Below, one piece after another: positions 18,501 to 22,187 of a DNA stretch of 22,187 bases. Source of the DNA: Methanocaldococcus indicus (GTDB lineage Archaea > AGJL01 > Methanococci > Methanococcales > Methanocaldococcaceae); the NCBI RefSeq assembly GCF_049554935.1, contig NZ_CP186927.1, forward strand, positions 1 to 22,187, given 5' to 3'. Both the position numbers and the translations under genes were made by a program. Under the pieces are notes generated by a model that was not told where the DNA came from, did no database searches, and saw only the letters and a program-made list of their open reading frames with translations. Every line of letters starts with the position of its first letter. Position 1 is the stretch's first letter.

Positions 18501-18970
18501 CAGAAAATACAAGAAATTTAAGGTTGAAATTAATAAACGATACCAAACCATATGAAACTATTGTTAATTATCTTTTATTCCTAAATGCAAAAGAAGATTG
18601 GAGAGAAAAATACAAAGAAAATATAAACTTCTTTGATAAGGAAATTGCTGACTCTTTAATTTATGAACTCTACTTCAAGGAAAAATTCCATGAAGATGGG
18701 CTCTATCCAGAGCCAAAAGAATATTTATTAGAAGCAGTTTCAAAACACTTAAAACCAATAAATTATGATAGATGGGCAGAATTGTATTGGAAAAAGCAAT
18801 TAGAGAATAATTTAACAAAAGAAGAAGAACAAGAATTAAAACAATTGGAAGAGGAAAATCTAAAAATAATACATGAAGTTTATGAAAAAATTAAAAAAGA
18901 TGATATAATAAATAAATTAATTGAGAAAATAAAATCACACGAGTGGGTTAGGATTATTGAAAGTAGTTAA
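15572..18970 (+). CDS. Large gamma-class N6-adenine DNA methyltransferase (Eco57I/type IIG-like) with C-terminal TRD; start probably 15587
   Basis: LG.VYE, GAYYTP, motif I LDPACGSGHFL, YGVDI, GNSL, motif IV GNPPY; GGGGTG precedes ATG 15587. Confidence 0.93.
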   Translation: MGCVVMASSAIYNLDYLKSKGFFKTYGELEIDGKRILWDKDNYLTYVEVENLSELEKIHNKLKKYVKLEYFYYYYKNKNKVKVFKRGCSVAFTYSDSIRRNDVRNSKRDKLNQFSPENMDILFDTKDVMDKFYNELCQLRLELANSIKKPIKDKDKLLVVQHFIDRLVFFYFLCQLGIVKVKYRINGQVYEITMNKETTKSFFEFLIKNLKDFELQKLLNTIFFDGLGNESKVNDCGYVDVHVKVGEWEFNILVPYLNGGLFRDKEILTENNTKIRESEIEFSGVIKLIEMLNQYNWIIGDCSDDDGDSINNLTPEILGHVYEKFVVGLENIGEDIKLDELEFSKIEYEKKSIGAYYTPEEITSYISVNTIIPYLFDKLGVKEYNEILNPKVAFDEFVEHASKDELKKALEILNEIKVLDPACGSGHFLVSAGNLLFDLKESLCNKLIEKFGFEKKLDEYAEVKKIIVDNLYGVDISETAVEIAKLRLWLWLVSQLKNSENIEPLPNLEYNIKCGNSLIGWVDEKLQPTLKYAYTDKIEGIFKDLIAFCNDDKEREMLIKARDLLKSVKGNILDNYVEAFHLIYEIYKTSHGHKAAQLKEILEDVREVIYDCVNPAFLNYINSKLKKNKISEKEFLSLRPFHWRVDFGWIIKEGGFDIVIGNPPYINIYNIPKLDKKIYSNVYNFAYKKYDIYILFIERGLNLLNSQGYISYIIPDKWTAEDYGYKLREYILMTRNLKEIVDLRNVEVFYGVGVRNLIFVLCKSKIFDSILIKNERFNIKNMLQYEIIKQHPKYHIRLDITKIDIDIIKYLLSNSIPLRHVCYVNWGCRPSPSKKYVFNSYEQCLKTTKNKNLCKRLIKGRNVKRYYYNWDGLWLAYLPTMYNPMFPELFENDRIVIKDIGTNPLSVTYICGSLKFYSEHTTINVLKYEVIPKNKIKTENRKLFQEISLKYILTNIISKLNNYFLNKYLSDGLHVLPENTRNLRLKLINDTKPYETIVNYLLFLNAKEDWREKYKENINFFDKEIADSLIYELYFKEKFHEDGLYPEPKEYLLEAVSKHLKPINYDRWAELYWKKQLENNLTKEEEQELKQLEEENLKIIHEVYEKIKKDDIINKLIEKIKSHEWVRIIESS

Positions 18971-19091
18971 ATTATTACCACTATTTGATTTTTATTTTAG
19001 TTATAAAACTAAATAATGAGTCAGGTATTTGATAAGAGCTGATGTCCTGTTAGAATATACACTGTCAGAATTTGGAGAATTAATGAACCCT

Positions 19092-19135
19092 GTTGATGGA
19101 GATATCCACAATTATTGGTATTATCTACCATCAAC
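19092..19135. promoter_or_regulatory. Long imperfect hairpin between the methyltransferase and nuclease genes
   Basis: GTTGATGG-AGATA-TCCA...TGG-TA-TTATCT-A-CCATCAAC, ending 18 nt before ATG 19154. Confidence 0.5.
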
Positions 19136-19153
19136 TACTTAGTGGGAATAATT

Positions 19154-22100
19154 ATGAGTTCTCAAATCTATTACATCTACAATAACAAACCAAACATTTT
19201 CCCTTATGAAAAAACAGTATTAGAATTATTCCAAGAAAAAATTAACAATGCAATAGAAAAAAATAAAAAACTCTCAATTTATTGTGCAGTGGGGTTTTTC
19301 TTTTTTGAGGGTTTATCAGAATTAATCCCAGATTTAGAAAAACTATACAATAAAGGACTATTAAAAGAATTTAAGTTAGTTATGGGTAGGGAAACTAAAG
19401 CCACAACAAAAGAAGTTTTAGAAGCAATAAAGAATGATGCTACCTACTTATCAAATAAGGATTATCTGTTTATAAAAAAATTATATGATGAAGGAATTTT
19501 TGATTTTAGAATATATTTAGATAGAAGATTCCATATTAAATTATATTTATTTGAAGAGAATGATGTCTTAACTGATGTGTGGGCTGGGAGTGCAAATCTT
19601 ACATCAGGAGGATTAAAGGATAACATTGAATTGATAGTCCCAACTGGAGTGACATCAAAAGATAGAGAGATTTACAAAGAATTCTTTAATAAAATTTGGG
19701 AAAGTGCTACTGATAAAGTTGAAGAGTTAAAAACTATTGATTTAATAAAAAAAGGTGCCACTGCCAAGGCAATCTATTTACCACCAAGAGAGTTTTTTGC
19801 CAATTTAATAAAAATTCTGGAAAAAGAGTATTTACTATCAAATCCTTCAGTGGAAATTTCTTATTTGGCAGAATTTCAACATATGAGTTATTTCATGTGC
19901 TTAGAAAAATTAAACAAGTGGGGTGGAGTAATCTTAGCAAATTCTGTGGGTTTGGGAAAAACTGATGTTGCATGTGCCATTGCAAAATACTATACTAACA
20001 TGGGTAAAAAAGTTTTAGTCATCCATCCTCCTAATGTAGAACATCAATGGATGAATACTTTAAAAAAAGTTGGATTAAGCCCATGTAAAGGAAAAACTCA
20101 AATATTAGACAAATGGGTTGAAGAAAATAACCAATCAGACAATTATGTTGTTTTATTATCAATGGGACTATTACAGAATAAAAATTTTAACGTCCAAGAG
20201 TATGATGGTTTTGATTTAATAATTGTTGATGAAGCACACAATTTTAGAAATTTAAAATCAAATAGAAGAAAAAACTTAAACAATCTGATAATGACTAATC
20301 AAAATTGTCATACTTTGTTAATAACTGCCACTCCAATTAATATTTCATTAGCTGATTATATAAGTTTATTGGAATTATTCACTTTAAAGGAAAAATATAA
20401 AGAAAGATTCGAAAGTGAGGGGATTATTAACAAAATAGAAACTATCAATAAGCTTATTAGAAATGATGATACTGTTGAAGCTGTAAAAATCATTAGAGAG
20501 CTGATTAAAGAATTTACAGTAAGATTAGAATGGATTGATATTTTAAAACACTTTAAAAAAGACTTGGAGAGAATTGCTGGAGTTACAGATTTCAAAATGC
20601 CTACTGTAATTCCAGTAGAATATAAGTATGACGATAGAGTTGTTCAGGCAATTTTTAATAGAGTTGTAGATTATTTAGCACAGCTGAATTATGAATATGC
20701 CAAACTATGGGATGAAGAAGGTTATAAAGAGGACAAAAACCTAATTTTCTGGTATAAATGGAGGCTGTATAAAAGATTGGAAAGTAGTGTTTATGCCTTT
20801 AAAAAGAGTTTAGAAAAATTTAAAGAGAGAAATGAATACTTATTAAACATATTCAATAAAATTGATAATAAAGAAAAGATTAGTAATGATTTATTATCCA
20901 CCCCACTTTTTGATAAGGAAAGGTTAAAAATCATTATTTCCACATATAAATCACTTAAAGAAGTTGATAGAAACAAAATTAAGGAAAATATTGAGAAAGA
21001 TATTATACTAACAACTGAAATGTTAGATAAAATTAAATCAATAGAGAAAATTCTTGAAATTGATGAGAAAGTTAAAAAATTAATTGAAATATTAAAAAAA
21101 GAAAACAAACCTACAATAATATTTTCTGAATCAAGAGATACTGTAATGTATTTAAAGGAAAAGTTAGAAAAGGAGGGTTTCACTAAGGTTGGAGTTGCTT
21201 ATGGTGGAGATGTTCAAAAAAAAGGTGTTAATAAGAAAAAAGTCCAAGATGAATTTAACAGTGGAGTGTATGATATTTTAGTAACAACTGATGTTCTTAG
21301 TGAGGGTGTCAATCTTCCAAGAGCTGATGTTGTTATTAATTTTGACTTACCTTATAATCCTGTTAAACTAATACAAAGAGCTGGGAGAGCTATTAGGTTG
21401 AATAATCCAAAGCATATTAAAATATACAATTTCAAGCCAGATGAGAGTATTGATATGGAATTAGAATTATGTAACAAATTAAAAATAAGAGTTGAGAACA
21501 TTGTTGCCACTATTGGTATTGAATTTATAATTTGGAGTATTGACCAAAAAAAGATTGAAGAATTCTCTGATAAAAATAGAAAAAGAATAGAAGAAGCAAT
21601 AAAAGAGTGGAAGCAAAAATTATCATCCTCAAACCCAGAAGAATTATCTAAGATTGTAGAAAGTAGTTTAGATAAAATTGACAAAGTTTTAAAAGATTAT
21701 ATTAATCATTATTTAATTTCAGAAGAAACTGTTGAAGAACACTATCATAGATATGAAAAACCAATCTATACATCATTAGTTGGAGAAAAAGATGGGTATT
21801 TTGTTGTATTCAAATATAGAGCCAATCATTATTATTGTGGAGAGCTGGAATTTACTACTAATGATACTAAATTAAATTTAGATGATTATGATTTTAAAAT
21901 GATTGACTCAATGATTAATAACAAGATTAATAAATTAGATGAAGAATTTTTAAAGTCTAAACTTAACATAGATAGACTATCTAACAAAATCAAAAAACTT
22001 GTAAAAAAATGTGATAGTACGGTTGAAAGATTAATAAATAGTACAAATATTGAAACATTACCTACCCATAAAAAAGAAAAATTAATTAATCTATTAGAAG

Positions 22101-22187
22101 AATACTTAAAAATTCCTCCTTTTATTAGTGAAGCTAAAAGTGACATAATCAAAAAAATTGAAGATTTAATAAAAAATTCCAAAAATA
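19154..22187 (+). CDS. PLD-family nuclease fused to an SNF2-like SF2 helicase (putative restriction subunit); 1042 aa including 1..95
   Basis: MSSQIYY...; HIKLYLFE (19532) plus GSANLT..GL..N.E; Walker A ANSVGLGKT (19937), DEAH (20228), TATP, SEGVNL, QRAGR (21374). Absent from the ORF track because no stop falls within the linear window. Confidence 0.93.
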   Translation, partial: MSSQIYYIYNNKPNIFPYEKTVLELFQEKINNAIEKNKKLSIYCAVGFFFFEGLSELIPDLEKLYNKGLLKEFKLVMGRETKATTKEVLEAIKNDATYLSNKDYLFIKKLYDEGIFDFRIYLDRRFHIKLYLFEENDVLTDVWAGSANLTSGGLKDNIELIVPTGVTSKDREIYKEFFNKIWESATDKVEELKTIDLIKKGATAKAIYLPPREFFANLIKILEKEYLLSNPSVEISYLAEFQHMSYFMCLEKLNKWGGVILANSVGLGKTDVACAIAKYYTNMGKKVLVIHPPNVEHQWMNTLKKVGLSPCKGKTQILDKWVEENNQSDNYVVLLSMGLLQNKNFNVQEYDGFDLIIVDEAHNFRNLKSNRRKNLNNLIMTNQNCHTLLITATPINISLADYISLLELFTLKEKYKERFESEGIINKIETINKLIRNDDTVEAVKIIRELIKEFTVRLEWIDILKHFKKDLERIAGVTDFKMPTVIPVEYKYDDRVVQAIFNRVVDYLAQLNYEYAKLWDEEGYKEDKNLIFWYKWRLYKRLESSVYAFKKSLEKFKERNEYLLNIFNKIDNKEKISNDLLSTPLFDKERLKIIISTYKSLKEVDRNKIKENIEKDIILTTEMLDKIKSIEKILEIDEKVKKLIEILKKENKPTIIFSESRDTVMYLKEKLEKEGFTKVGVAYGGDVQKKGVNKKKVQDEFNSGVYDILVTTDVLSEGVNLPRADVVINFDLPYNPVKLIQRAGRAIRLNNPKHIKIYNFKPDESIDMELELCNKLKIRVENIVATIGIEFIIWSIDQKKIEEFSDKNRKRIEEAIKEWKQKLSSSNPEELSKIVESSLDKIDKVLKDYINHYLISEETVEEHYHRYEKPIYTSLVGEKDGYFVVFKYRANHYYCGELEFTTNDTKLNLDDYDFKMIDSMINNKINKLDEEFLKSKLNIDRLSNKIKKLVKKCDSTVERLINSTNIETLPTHKKEKLINLLEEYLKIPPFISEAKSDIIKKIEDLIKNSKN

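Larger units (their letters stand above)
1..22187. mobile_element. Complete circular MCM-type plasmid of a Methanococcales archaeon
   Basis: The ORF starting at 19154 continues in frame across the 22187/1 junction to TAA at 93-95. The window has MCM plus iteron-like repeats, a recombinase with a dif-like site, a TA pair and RM cargo, and no housekeeping genes. Confidence 0.9.

Noticed and set aside
19092-19135. Hairpin as an integron attC site
   Set aside because: The arms run GTT...AAC, the reverse of the RYYYAAC...GTTRRRY layout, and the recombinase is too short to be IntI.
20356-22182. Four minus-strand ORFs in the track
   Set aside because: Antisense shadows of the + strand PLD-helicase that the track missed.
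1-22187. cas, parA/parB, conjugation, virion, tRNA or rRNA genes
   Set aside because: None is recognisable in any ORF or intergenic region.

Overview
This AT-rich window reads as a complete circular ~22.2-kb plasmid of a Methanococcales archaeon, most likely Methanocaldococcus (GGTGA-type RBSs, CRISPR repeat type, MCM replicon). Circularity is visible in the sequence: a PLD-nuclease/SF2-helicase ORF absent from the ORF track starts at 19154, runs off the right end and continues in frame to a stop at 93-95. The replication region carries three 190-bp repeats, a 30-bp iteron-like tandem array, an unlisted 59-aa HTH gene and an MCM helicase. The maintenance region carries a perfect 11-6-11 dif-like site, a minimal tyrosine recombinase coupled to an HTH protein, a coiled-coil/wHTH gene and an MNT-HEPN toxin-antitoxin pair. 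Defence-type cargo comprises an N6-adenine methyltransferase plus PLD-helicase followed by an EVE gene, a 1039-aa TPR protein with a candidate C-terminal HEPN (RNPASH) domain, and a cas-less 6-repeat CRISPR array with leader. Also present are a zinc finger-Hfq fusion, a dead DDE insertion sequence, a membrane protein gene and several gene relics. All family calls come from motif recognition by eye; no searches were run.
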